From the IMG/VR virus record IMGVR_UViG_3300017783_000006, positions 1 to 64,000 of that record: DNA of 64,000 nt; one strand, given 5' to 3'. This stretch comes from a virus. Both the position numbers and the translations under genes were made by a program. Below the pieces are notes generated by a model. The model searched no databases and had not been told where the DNA came from. It saw only the letters and a program-made list of their open reading frames with translations. Shown here in pieces: positions 1 to 8,320 of the stretch (position 1 is the stretch's first letter; each line of letters begins with the position of its first letter).

Positions 1-12
1 TCATTAGAAAAT

Positions 13-489
13 TTAGACATAACAATACTCTTTCCATTCAGGATTATTAGTTTTATCAAGTGATAAAGTTATTTTATTCAATGGTGTTGTTGGTTTCTTT
101 CTCAGAACCATATTAGTTTCCTTAAGAAGTTTTCCTCCCTTTTTACTATTACAACTAGAACATGCAGTAACTAAATTTTCCCAAGTATCTTGTCCACCTA
201 AAGAACGTGGATGTATATGGTCAATAGTCAAATTTTTTGTTGCTCCACAATACTGACACTTATTACCATCACGTTTATAAATCATAGACCTTGATGGTTT
301 ATGTGACATCATAAGTCGATATGGAATTTTAATATAATTTACTAGTCTAATAACAGTTCCTGATAGTAACTGTGCTTTTTCCTTCATCAACAATACAACT
401 GCTCTTCTCCAATTACAAAAGTTAATTGGTTCATAAGTTGCATTTAGAACTAAAATTGTATTATTTGGTTGAATCCGATAATAGTCCAT
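13..489 (-). CDS. HNH endonuclease
   Basis: RDGNKCQYCG...TIDHIHPRSLGG..WENLVTACSSCNSKK HNH/zinc motif; LVLNATYEP N-terminus typical of the McrA-like family. Confidence 0.9.
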   Translation of the reverse strand: MDYYRIQPNNTILVLNATYEPINFCNWRRAVVLLMKEKAQLLSGTVIRLVNYIKIPYRLMMSHKPSRSMIYKRDGNKCQYCGATKNLTIDHIHPRSLGGQDTWENLVTACSSCNSKKGGKLLKETNMVLRKKPTTPLNKITLSLDKTNNPEWKEYCYV

Positions 490-529
490 AGAAGGTTTTT
501 TATGAGTTTACCTCATAAGTATCTAGGTG

Positions 530-1111
530 TCAAAGAAATAATAATTGTCTTGGATTGAGTGAACCATCATCAATATTCTTTTGTAGATTTTTAGAATCTT
601 TATAAAAAAATGCTACAGTTGTTCTTAATAAATCTGTAGTTTGATTTGGTGATTGACCATAGTGTTCCCAATATGATGGTATTAAAGCACCACCATTAGG
701 AATATATGTAAAATACTCATAAGTATCTGTTATAGGATTTTTACAGATAAACTCTCCACCCCATTGAACATCCCAATGAGATTCTGTGAATAATATAAAT
801 GACCATTCATCTATCATATTATCACTATCTACATGAAAGGAACTATATTGTCCTCTCGTTTGTCCATTCACATGAATTCTAGTTAATTGAATTGGTTTTC
901 TGATATATTTTTGACATTTTAATTTAATAATGGTTGCTGCTTTGAACCAAGATAAATTATCATTTCTATTATTTTTAGAAAGTCCCCAACATAAACTATC
1001 ACCCTCATATGATTTATTTTCTAATTGCCATCCACAATAATTCCAATTATCCTGAAGGGTAAAAAATAATTCAGTTGGTAAGACGTTAGTTATTAGTTGC
1101 CCTTTATCCAT
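530..1111 (-). CDS. 2OG-Fe(II) oxygenase
   Basis: HVD...WGGEF...H...R pattern of the double-stranded beta-helix fold. Confidence 0.8.
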   Translation of the reverse strand: MDKGQLITNVLPTELFFTLQDNWNYCGWQLENKSYEGDSLCWGLSKNNRNDNLSWFKAATIIKLKCQKYIRKPIQLTRIHVNGQTRGQYSSFHVDSDNMIDEWSFILFTESHWDVQWGGEFICKNPITDTYEYFTYIPNGGALIPSYWEHYGQSPNQTTDLLRTTVAFFYKDSKNLQKNIDDGSLNPRQLLFL

Positions 1112-1334
1112 GTGGTTTATGTTCTTTCATTCCATCATGATTACCATCACCAGGAAGTCTACCAAATTCAATATATTGAACAACTTGCATAGAACCTTCA
1201 AGACGTTTTAAGTCACCTTCTATTTTTACATATTCATCATAAGATTCTTGCAACTCTTCAAGTCTTGTTTGAAGTTGCTTGGTTCTCTTTACAAATCTAT
1301 CAATTAGTTGTTGATTTGATTCTACTGGTTTCAT
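1104..1334 (-). CDS. hypothetical coiled-coil protein
   Basis: ORF abutting the downstream gene; heptad-like composition. Confidence 0.7.
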   Translation of the reverse strand: MKPVESNQQLIDRFVKRTKQLQTRLEELQESYDEYVKIEGDLKRLEGSMQVVQYIEFGRLPGDGNHDGMKEHKPHG

Positions 1335-1353
1335 TTTGATTATATGGTAAAAA

Positions 1354-1427
1354 CGTCTTGTGAAGGACTCGAACCTTCGACCGACTGCTTAGAAGGCAGT
1401 TGCTCTATCCATCTGAGCTAACAAGAC
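1354..1427 (-). tRNA. tRNA-Arg (anticodon TCT)
   Basis: Cloverleaf GTCTTGT...ACAAGACG; anticodon arm ACTGC-CTTCTAA-GCAGT; GGTTCGAGTCC T-arm. Confidence 0.95.
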
Positions 1428-1458
1428 AAATAAGGGGAGAAATACTCCCGTTTTAGAT

Positions 1459-1605
1459 TCAATAGTTTAGAGCATTGTCAAATTCAATTTCATAAGAATC
1501 ATCATTGAGACTATACTGCATGTTCACATAATCTTCATAATCAATACCAAGAAAACTTTTTGCGAAATTTTCGTAATCATCGTGTAAACGACAGGTGTCA
1601 ATCAT
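1459..1605 (-). CDS. small acidic hypothetical protein (48 aa, MIDTCRLHDD...; not in ORF track)
   Basis: AAGGAG SD and a TTGCGA...TATAAT promoter upstream; GGGAG...CTCCC hairpin downstream. Confidence 0.7.
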   Translation of the reverse strand: MIDTCRLHDDYENFAKSFLGIDYEDYVNMQYSLNDDSYEIEFDNALNY

Positions 1606-1674
1606 TGGGGAACTCCTTGAATCACATTAGTAATTATAACAGATTTATATTAGTTCGCAAGTTATAAGTAAAAA

Positions 1675-1983
1675 TTATTCTTCTTTCATATTGACATTAA
1701 AACGGTCAAGAACGTATGGGAATTGCTCATAACACTCTTTAACAATCATATCCTCCTGATGATATTCAACTCTAGAGTTTAGACTATTCAAAAGGATTTT
1801 TGAATATGCTTTAGCAATATCTTTTGGACTCATAGAGTCGATGATTTCATCAACATACTCTTGTAAAAAGTCATTTCTTACATGAGTATTATCTACAATG
1901 CTATCGATAAAATCTTCAAGATTCATGTTTGGTTTCTCGTATTCTAGAATTTGACTGTAAAGATCGTAGTTAAATTCAACCAT
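1675..1983 (-). CDS. hypothetical protein (start MVEFNYD)
   Basis: Start revised to the ATG overlapping the upstream stop. Confidence 0.65.
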   Translation of the reverse strand: MVEFNYDLYSQILEYEKPNMNLEDFIDSIVDNTHVRNDFLQEYVDEIIDSMSPKDIAKAYSKILLNSLNSRVEYHQEDMIVKECYEQFPYVLDRFNVNMKEE

Positions 1984-2203
1984 TTTCGATAAGTTTAGCA
2001 AGTTTTTTCTCTTCCCTCATTTCCTTTACAAGAAGTTTGAGTTGAGAGATGTCTTCATTCAAAATTGACAAATCATCATACAGAAGTTCTGCTTGATAAT
2101 AACTGGTACACTTTCTATACTGTTTAGAAAGTTTATCGAATTTTTTCTTTGAATCCTTCAGTTCTTTTTCGTATTGTTGAAGGGTTTTGCTATCGTAAGT
2201 CAT
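1976..2203 (-). CDS. hypothetical protein (start MTYDSKT)
   Basis: Start revised: the track's longer start crosses the promoter at 2248-2305. Confidence 0.65.
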   Translation of the reverse strand: MTYDSKTLQQYEKELKDSKKKFDKLSKQYRKCTSYYQAELLYDDLSILNEDISQLKLLVKEMREEKKLAKLIENG

Positions 2204-2247
2204 TTGACAGTTTAGAATCCAGTCCGTTATTGATTGGTTACTTTGTA

Positions 2248-2305
2248 AGTATAACAGGGTTTTGGGGGTTTTGCAAGTAGAACGTGCCAGAAAAAATACT
2301 GGCAC
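2248..2305 (-). promoter_or_regulatory. sigma70-like early promoter with upstream dyad GTGCCAG-N8-CTGGCAC
   Basis: TTGCAA-N17-TATACT plus a perfect inverted repeat at 2284-2305. Confidence 0.7.
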
Positions 2306-2328
2306 TTCACTCAACAATATGTAGTCAA

Positions 2329-2514
2329 TTAAGGTGTTGGGTCATAATAGACAATTTCCTCAATTCTTGGAATAATCTCATACTTAAGATCATCAAGATG
2401 AAAATGAATGAGACTCATATCCATCTGATGAAGTTTTTCTTCATGTTCTACAAGATCAATAAGTTGATTGTAGACATTCTCAATGATTTCGTATCCATTT
2501 TTTACCCTACCCAT
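2329..2514 (-). CDS. hypothetical protein
   Basis: ORF in tight minus-strand packing. Confidence 0.6.
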   Translation of the reverse strand: MGRVKNGYEIIENVYNQLIDLVEHEEKLHQMDMSLIHFHLDDLKYEIIPRIEEIVYYDPTP

Positions 2515-2771
2515 TGTCCTCTTTGCACAAGAATTTTACGCATTTCAAGATAGATAAATTCCCTCATACGAGGATTTTCTGTGGTGCCGTAAGCATCACG
2601 CAAACGTTGAAGATAATCATTTTGAGTAGTCATTTTCAAATTAGTTGCGTTAGTAACACCAATGTCCTTCATAGGAGAACCTGCATTTACTTTGTTTTTT
2701 CCAAAGTTACCAGAAACTCGACCATTAGTGCGAAATTTTGGTTTGATTTTAGAGAGATTGGAAAATTCCAT
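2502..2771 (-). CDS. hypothetical protein
   Basis: ORF overlapping the neighbouring start. Confidence 0.65.
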   Translation of the reverse strand: MEFSNLSKIKPKFRTNGRVSGNFGKNKVNAGSPMKDIGVTNATNLKMTTQNDYLQRLRDAYGTTENPRMREFIYLEMRKILVQRGQWVG

Positions 2772-2807
2772 CAGTCATTTGCTCTACCCTTCTAATATAC
2801 ACGATTT

Positions 2808-3008
2808 TCACTCCCAATCAAGTGCGTCTGTGCCACCTCTACGACCGTCCCTGAGGAGGATTTCGATTCTAGTGAGTCTATCTTCAATAAGGTCTAATCT
2901 GTGCTCTGTAATTGCCTCTCTCTTCACAGAATATGGGTCTATTGTTGCCATTGTTCCCTGAAGGGAATTAATTAGTGGTTCGTCAAACATCATAGTTAAA
3001 TCATCCAA
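2808..3008 (-). CDS. hypothetical protein
   Basis: ORF overlapping the upstream stop. Confidence 0.55.
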   Translation of the reverse strand: MDDLTMMFDEPLINSLQGTMATIDPYSVKREAITEHRLDLIEDRLTRIEILLRDGRRGGTDALDWE

Positions 3009-4783
3009 GTAATCATAGAGTATCTAGTTCCAGATGTAACTGGCATAATTTCATGAGGATACATGAAATTTGATGGAAATATAATACCATCACCCTTCTT
3101 TAATTTGTATATTTTTGTTCTTCCCCAGAAAGTAAGTTCTCCACCTTCATAATCATCGTTTAAATTAAAAATTATAGTTAAACTTCTTGGTCTGTCTTTG
3201 AAATGATCTGTGTGTTCTATGTACTTTCCACCAACAGAATATTTTAACAATGTATATCCTTCATCTTGAGCACAAGTTAATTGCATTTCAGGATATTTGG
3301 ATTCATAACGTTGATATATTTCTTTTACTTTTTGAAAAAACATGTCATCATATTCCTTTCTCTTTTCTTGATTTTTAGACATCACATCATCATATGAAAT
3401 ATCTATCGAGGAACAATTTCTAACGTCTATGTCAGGTTCTCCTGAAGAAATTTTAGATTGCTGCCATTCATCGAACCTATTATATTCTTCAATAACTTTA
3501 TCGCAAATTGAAGTATCAAGAAAATTATCAACATGATATATCATGTCACTATAATCTATTTTTTTCTTAGTTCTATCAAAATACCTATCCGCATACTCTC
3601 CATTTTTTCTTACATAATGAAGAAATATTTGTGTATAAGATTCTCCTTCATATGGTTCCCTCCAATGAGGTCTTTCAGTTCCTAAGTAAATAATTGCATC
3701 TCCAGATTCTAAAACTACTGATTTAGTTTCCTTATTTGGTGTTTCTACAAAAAATTCCCAAGGTTCATCACCTTCCAAATGAACTGTCAATGATATTTCA
3801 CATTCAGATCTATCTACATGCTTTGTTAATACAGATTGATTACAATAATTTCTTGAGTAGCAATAAGTTGGAAGTACATCCTCCTCGATAATTTTAGAAA
3901 CCTCTTCGTTTTTATTAACAAGTAATTCTACACCAACAATAGGATTGTACATAGCAGGAGCATTTGATACCTGAGTATCTTTAATACAATCCCCCAAACT
4001 TATTTGTTTTTTTAACTTATTACTGATAGATACTGCATCATCAATTTCAATAAAATTACGGATAACAGCATATCCATTTTCTAACAATTCATTATTCATT
4101 GTAAATCTTTTTTCTAAGAAATAATTTGTTTTAATAGTGTCTATTCCATCAGGAATATCAGTTTGAAGTATATCCCTATCCCATGAACTTAAAAATCTAT
4201 TTTCCTTATTATATCCGCAAACATTAAACTTATGCAAGTGGTTTGTTATATATTCATCTACTGGAATAATACTGTTCTTATCACCAATCAATTCTCTTGC
4301 TGCTAATGGTGTAATTAAGTAACCATGAGTGCAATATGGATATACTGGAAGTGATAGATAATCATTTATTTTTACCACATTAAATTGCTCCCTCCAGTCA
4401 AAATATATCAAGTCATAATCATTAATAAGATTATCAAGTTGATTGAATGGTATTTTATGTTTAAGTATTGCATCATCTTCAAGAATTATTATTGGTTTGT
4501 CTTCATCTAAGCATTTTTTCCAAAGATAATAATGTGATAAAAAGCAACCAACTTCACCTTTCAAAATAGGTGTTTTGAATTCAGGATCTCTCCAATTTTT
4601 ATCAATATCAAATCCTCTTTCCAAAATCCAATCATAATCTATTTCGTATCCATTTATTGCATCAAAGAAATTATATTCAATAAATTTACTATTAGTTTCT
4701 TCAAATAATTTTTTCCTATCTTGTCTACTTTTTAATGATATTACAAAAATATTTTTACTCAGGAATATGTCTTTCATCTTCAC
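2996..4783 (-). CDS. GT25 glycosyltransferase fused to two 2OG-Fe(II) oxygenase domains
   Basis: N-terminal VISLKSRQDR...GEVGCFLSH...IILEDDA (GT25); then HVDRSECEIS...HWRE and HTD...YEGGEL...FPSNFMYPH...GTRYS (two 2OG domains). Start may be the ATG at 4777. Confidence 0.85.
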   Translation of the reverse strand: MKMKDIFLSKNIFVISLKSRQDRKKLFEETNSKFIEYNFFDAINGYEIDYDWILERGFDIDKNWRDPEFKTPILKGEVGCFLSHYYLWKKCLDEDKPIIILEDDAILKHKIPFNQLDNLINDYDLIYFDWREQFNVVKINDYLSLPVYPYCTHGYLITPLAARELIGDKNSIIPVDEYITNHLHKFNVCGYNKENRFLSSWDRDILQTDIPDGIDTIKTNYFLEKRFTMNNELLENGYAVIRNFIEIDDAVSISNKLKKQISLGDCIKDTQVSNAPAMYNPIVGVELLVNKNEEVSKIIEEDVLPTYCYSRNYCNQSVLTKHVDRSECEISLTVHLEGDEPWEFFVETPNKETKSVVLESGDAIIYLGTERPHWREPYEGESYTQIFLHYVRKNGEYADRYFDRTKKKIDYSDMIYHVDNFLDTSICDKVIEEYNRFDEWQQSKISSGEPDIDVRNCSSIDISYDDVMSKNQEKRKEYDDMFFQKVKEIYQRYESKYPEMQLTCAQDEGYTLLKYSVGGKYIEHTDHFKDRPRSLTIIFNLNDDYEGGELTFWGRTKIYKLKKGDGIIFPSNFMYPHEIMPVTSGTRYSMITWMI

Positions 4784-5387
4784 TAATAGATATTTGTTTT
4801 TCTTGTTTCCATATCCATCCCGTGCATATGTATTTGACTTCTCTTTTAGGTGGATACCCTCTATGTTGATATGTCCAAGTTGCTGGGAATAACATCAACT
4901 TCCCGCACTCTGGTTGAACCCTTGTACCTCCAACAAACTCTGTATATCCATTTTCTTTAACATCATTCAAATACCACAGAAAAGTTACTATTCTATTTGT
5001 TGTTGTTGTCTCATCTACATTCCCAGAACAAAAATCATGATGCCATGTATAAAATTCATATGGTTTTGTTTCTTGAAGTTGGTATCCAGTATCATATACT
5101 CCATCACTACAGAGAGCACTACCCATACCTGGCAGTATACAATTTAAATATTCTGAATACCTTTTTATTGCTCCAAATAATACTTCACTTAATATTTTAT
5201 CTTCCTCTCCCCAATTATTAGCATCTGAAAGTGACATGTCTATGGATAACTTAGTATCTGGAGTATATCCCCCACCAGTTATTCCTTTTCTTCTATGTTC
5301 AGAAGTTTTAAATTTATCAATTACATGATTACAAAACTCTCTCGTAAGAGAGTTTTGTTCAAAATAAATTAACTCATCAATGTCCAT
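4755..5387 (-). CDS. 2OG-Fe(II) oxygenase, prolyl-4-hydroxylase-like
   Basis: WHHD...LWYLNDV..GYTEF...FPATWTYQHRG...KYICTGW. Confidence 0.9.
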   Translation of the reverse strand: MDIDELIYFEQNSLTREFCNHVIDKFKTSEHRRKGITGGGYTPDTKLSIDMSLSDANNWGEEDKILSEVLFGAIKRYSEYLNCILPGMGSALCSDGVYDTGYQLQETKPYEFYTWHHDFCSGNVDETTTTNRIVTFLWYLNDVKENGYTEFVGGTRVQPECGKLMLFPATWTYQHRGYPPKREVKYICTGWIWKQEKQISISEDERHIPE

Positions 5388-5406
5388 ATTTTAGTTTTAT
5401 CTTAAG

Positions 5407-5607
5407 TTATTTAACAAGTTCCCAATTATCATCATTCTTCGCATTCATTCTAAACTTATATTTTTTATTGATAGACGTAAGAGAAAAAATTCCATTATTC
5501 TCATCATCAACGTAGCAACTATGAAGTTTGTCCATGTCTAATTCAAACCGAATGTTTGCAATGCTAGTTTTCGGTTGAACGCAAATCATTTTTCTTTTAG
5601 TCATCAA
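5407..5607 (-). CDS. hypothetical protein
   Basis: Start overlaps the stop of the upstream ORF. Confidence 0.65.
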   Translation of the reverse strand: MMTKRKMICVQPKTSIANIRFELDMDKLHSCYVDDENNGIFSLTSINKKYKFRMNAKNDDNWELVK

Positions 5608-6044
5608 ACGTGCAGGGGAGTGTTAGAGATTTCAACGATTTCAGGTTTTTTTCTATGATCAAACTGATTCATATCATAGCATACCCATTCACCAGTTGGT
5701 GTAAAAATATAAGCATACTCTTCACCATCACTTAGATATTCTGCCACATTGTTATCGAGATGAGGAGGACAATCATCACCACGTTGTGCATAATATTGTG
5801 GACCATATTCTTCTTCTTCTTTAATCTCTTTTACATAAGGAGCAAGTTCTTTACCAGTCCAACGTTCTTTTGTCCATGCACAAGACATATCACCACCATC
5901 AATCAGTTCGGATACTTTCTCCTTCGTATTGTAGTGCGTCTTAAGAATCCGACCCAACCAAGTAGGATAACCATCCCAGTGATGATAAACAGAAAGAATA
6001 GAGTCATCTGAAAGTTGAATACCGATGCGTGAACGTGTTCCCAT
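5604..6044 (-). CDS. phage hypothetical protein (MGTRSRIGI...YHHWDGYP type)
   Basis: Motif recalled from T4-like phage early genes. Confidence 0.75.
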   Translation of the reverse strand: MGTRSRIGIQLSDDSILSVYHHWDGYPTWLGRILKTHYNTKEKVSELIDGGDMSCAWTKERWTGKELAPYVKEIKEEEEYGPQYYAQRGDDCPPHLDNNVAEYLSDGEEYAYIFTPTGEWVCYDMNQFDHRKKPEIVEISNTPLHV

Positions 6045-6075
6045 TATGTAGAAAAATTAGAGAGTTGAATAAAAA

Positions 6076-6237
6076 TCAGAGGTTGATGAGAATGTCATCT
6101 TGATTGCCGAACCAGTCTTCTTGCTCAGTTTCAATCATTGATTCCATATCTTTATATGCAATCTCATCAAAAATTTCATGTAAGTCAAAGTCATTGATCT
6201 CTTCAATCTGCTCCTTTTCAATAAAAATCCGAGTCAT
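6076..6237 (-). CDS. small acidic hypothetical protein (53 aa, MTRIFIEKE...; not in ORF track)
   Basis: First ORF after the dyad promoter at 6261-6316. Confidence 0.6.
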   Translation of the reverse strand: MTRIFIEKEQIEEINDFDLHEIFDEIAYKDMESMIETEQEDWFGNQDDILINL

Positions 6238-6260
6238 GCTTCTGTTTTGATTACTTCGTA

Positions 6261-6316
6261 ATCATAGCATGTCTCGGACTGTATGGTGGGTTTAGTGGAC
6301 AGTTAAACTACTGGTC
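6261..6316 (-). promoter_or_regulatory. early-type promoter with dyad (GGACAG-N8-CTGGTC on +)
   Basis: TGn-TATGAT extended -10; dyad 36 bp upstream; TTACnnnGTAATCAA leader. Confidence 0.65.
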
Positions 6317-6502
6317 TCACTCTTCCTCTGGTGCGGAAACTTCTGCTTCTTCAGCAACAGTTTCTGGTGCAAATACTTCTTCTTGTGCTGGTGCTTCTTC
6401 GGCAACAGGTGGAGCAACTTCCTCAACAATAGGTGCTGCTGCTGGTGCAGTCAGTCCATCGTTTTGTGCTTTTCCTTGAAATAAGTCTCTAAATCTTCCC
6501 AT
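6317..6502 (-). CDS. Ala/Pro/Glu-rich small protein
   Basis: Low-complexity acidic ORF. Confidence 0.6.
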   Translation of the reverse strand: MGRFRDLFQGKAQNDGLTAPAAAPIVEEVAPPVAEEAPAQEEVFAPETVAEEAEVSAPEEE

Positions 6503-6506
6503 GGTT

Positions 6507-6626
6507 TTAATTAATTGAAACTACTTGTTGTGATTGGTCATCAATTTCATATACAATGTGCATCCATTCCCATGTAATAATACTGACACAAGATGCAATC
6601 AAAGAAATAATAATAGTTTTTTTCAT
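6507..6626 (-). CDS. 39-aa putative membrane peptide (MKKTIIISLIASC...)
   Basis: Hydrophobic N-terminus; fills the gap between neighbours. Confidence 0.5.
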   Translation of the reverse strand: MKKTIIISLIASCVSIITWEWMHIVYEIDDQSQQVVSIN

Positions 6627-6627
6627 A

Positions 6628-6795
6628 TTAATGGTTATGACAAATGCCTTCAGTATGACAATGACTTGAATTTCCATTCATGTGAAATACCCCATGATAG
6701 AAACCAAATCCAATAATAGCACTAAAAACTGCTACTGTTGCTGCTGCTACAAATGGTGCAGAATTGGATGCACCCCTAAGTATTAAAGTTTTCAT
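6628..6795 (-). CDS. 55-aa membrane protein with His/Cys-rich C-terminus
   Basis: MKTLILRG...AIIGFGFYHGVFHMNGNSSHCHTEGICHNH; ATAAATA late promoter at 6825-6831. Confidence 0.65.
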   Translation of the reverse strand: MKTLILRGASNSAPFVAAATVAVFSAIIGFGFYHGVFHMNGNSSHCHTEGICHNH

Positions 6796-6837
6796 AAATT
6801 TATAAACTATATATTAACTTCGATTATTTATGAAAAT

Positions 6838-7100
6838 AGAGGGCATTACACCCCCCAAGGGTTATTGGATTAGAAGGATAACCTATCCCCCATCTCCCAT
6901 TTAGGCAGTCGCAAGTGTGCGAGTGCGGGAGAATGCAACGATATTATTCGCTGCGGAATCAGATGTGTTTGCATCTATGGTTTTGTTCCGTCAACAATTA
7001 CAACCTTTTTGCCCTGTCGAAACCATGGCACCCCCATGAATGGAGGTGAGGAGAATCGAACTCCTGTCCAGAACAACAGACTTTGCAACCTCTTGAACAC
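6838..7100 (-). ncRNA. ssrA: circularly permuted two-piece tmRNA
   Basis: T-arm and 3' acceptor GGACAGGAGTTCGATTCTCCTCACCTCCA, spacer TTCAT, then 5' end GGGGGTGCCATGGTTTCGAC; G3-U70 pair; tag frame 6972-6901 reads ANTSDSAANNIVAFSRTRTLATA*. Confidence 0.93.
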
Positions 7101-7108
7101 TGTATATA

Positions 7109-7705
7109 TTAGCATATTTTTTCCTCAAGGCAAGTCCAAATTATTTTCTTCGTACCAGATGTTACTTTTGTCCCTTTATGTATTGTTCTCATATCACAGG
7201 GAAATACCAAAACACTTCCCTTTTTGGGTTTAACTTTTACTTTATCATTCAAAAATAGTGTTGCACCACCATCAAAATCATCATTTAAATATATGATTAT
7301 AGAAAGTACGAAATTTCCATTTTTTGATGAGTCTATATGCCAATTATAATAATCATTTTCATCATAAAATCTATAGATTAATTTCATATTATAATCTTTA
7401 GATTTACTAGAAAACATATTTGAATACTTATTTACTAATATATTATCATCATAATAGTTGGTTATAGATTTGGAAATTAATGCACTTGCTTCCATATCTA
7501 CTATTTTTACAAATTTATATTCATTAGATAACTCTGTTATATTAAATGCAATATTATTTCTAACTTTATTTTTACCACTAGACTTGTTATTAGAAATAAT
7601 ACTATTTTTTTCCTTCTCAATCAGTTCTATGAATTGATCGCAGATTTCATCATCAACAAAATTTTCATATTCGTAAATGAAATTATTATGTTTAATTAAT
7701 TTCAT
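7109..7705 (-). CDS. 2OG-Fe(II) oxygenase, prolyl-4-hydroxylase-like
   Basis: WHID...IYLNDDFDGGATLF...HKG...GTK; start revised to MKLIKH because the track start lies inside tRNA-Ala. Confidence 0.88.
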   Translation of the reverse strand: MKLIKHNNFIYEYENFVDDEICDQFIELIEKEKNSIISNNKSSGKNKVRNNIAFNITELSNEYKFVKIVDMEASALISKSITNYYDDNILVNKYSNMFSSKSKDYNMKLIYRFYDENDYYNWHIDSSKNGNFVLSIIIYLNDDFDGGATLFLNDKVKVKPKKGSVLVFPCDMRTIHKGTKVTSGTKKIIWTCLEEKIC

Positions 7706-7720
7706 GTGTTTAGAGCAAAA

Positions 7721-7793
7721 TGGAGAATAGGAGACTCGAACTCCTGACTTCAACCTTGCAAAGGTTGCACTCTACCAACTGAGTTAATTCCCC
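7721..7793 (-). tRNA. tRNA-Ala (TGC)
   Basis: GGGGAAT...ATTCTCCA; anticodon arm CAACC-TTTGCAA-GGTTG; G3-U70. Confidence 0.95.
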
Positions 7794-7987
7794 TCTTTTT
7801 TAAGTTTAAAGTATAACTTATAATATGGTTTTTTCATTTCATCAAGGATTTTCATATCCTCTTCAAAACCCATATACTTACAAAGTTGATAAGAACCCTC
7901 TAACTCACTAATCAATCTTAGTATGTTAGCAGGATGCCTTTCAAGTCCTCCAAAATCATACTTATTATTCGGATACATAATCTTCAA
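7784..7987 (-). CDS. cyanophage hypothetical protein
   Basis: YDFGGLERHP.NILRLISELEGS motif; stop overlaps the tRNA-Ala 5' end. Confidence 0.7.
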   Translation of the reverse strand: MKIMYPNNKYDFGGLERHPANILRLISELEGSYQLCKYMGFEEDMKILDEMKKPYYKLYFKLKKEGN

Positions 7988-8132
7988 AAGTATTTACGTA
8001 ATTATAATGATTAGTCATAAGTTTTGCAAAAGCAATTGCAGTTGCATGATCATCAAAACATCTAATATCTTCTGGACCAACTTGACCAACAATGTGATTA
8101 GTCCATGTAACTACATAGATTTTTTTATTCAT
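7965..8132 (-). CDS. small hypothetical protein (55 aa, MNKKIYVVTWTNH...; not in ORF track)
   Basis: Intact ORF between tRNA-Leu and the next gene. Confidence 0.65.
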   Translation of the reverse strand: MNKKIYVVTWTNHIVGQVGPEDIRCFDDHATAIAFAKLMTNHYNYVNTFEDYVSE

Positions 8133-8156
8133 AATTTGTAGTAGTTAGAACTACAA

Positions 8157-8238
8157 TGTCGATGAAAGGACTTGAACCTTCACGTCTTGCGACACAAGAA
8201 CCTAAACCTTGCGTGTCTACCAATTCCACCACATCGAC
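8157..8238 (-). tRNA. tRNA-Leu (TAG)
   Basis: Class II cloverleaf; anticodon arm CAAGG-TTTAGGT-TCTTG. Confidence 0.93.
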
Positions 8239-8241
8239 AAA

Positions 8242-8313
8242 CTCCCCTTCCTGGGATCGAACCAGGGACCAAACGATTAACAGTCGTTCGCTCTACCGCT
8301 GAGCTAAAGAGGA
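8242..8313 (-). tRNA. tRNA-Asn (GTT)
   Basis: TCCTCTT...AAGGGGAG; anticodon arm AACGA-CTGTTAA-TCGTT. Confidence 0.95.
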
Positions 8314-8320
8314 TTGCTGC

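Noticed and set aside
7041-7748. 28-bp imperfect direct repeat (7041-7068 and 7721-7748) flanking a 2OG gene, resembling attL/attR
   Set aside because: Explained by the shared T-arm and acceptor of tmRNA and tRNA-Ala. Both RNAs are complete and there is no integrase.
7706-7753. N-terminal extensions in the ORF track (7753, 12509, 38619, 2317, 24301, 21446)
   Set aside because: They run into tRNA genes, promoters or upstream genes, so downstream starts were used.
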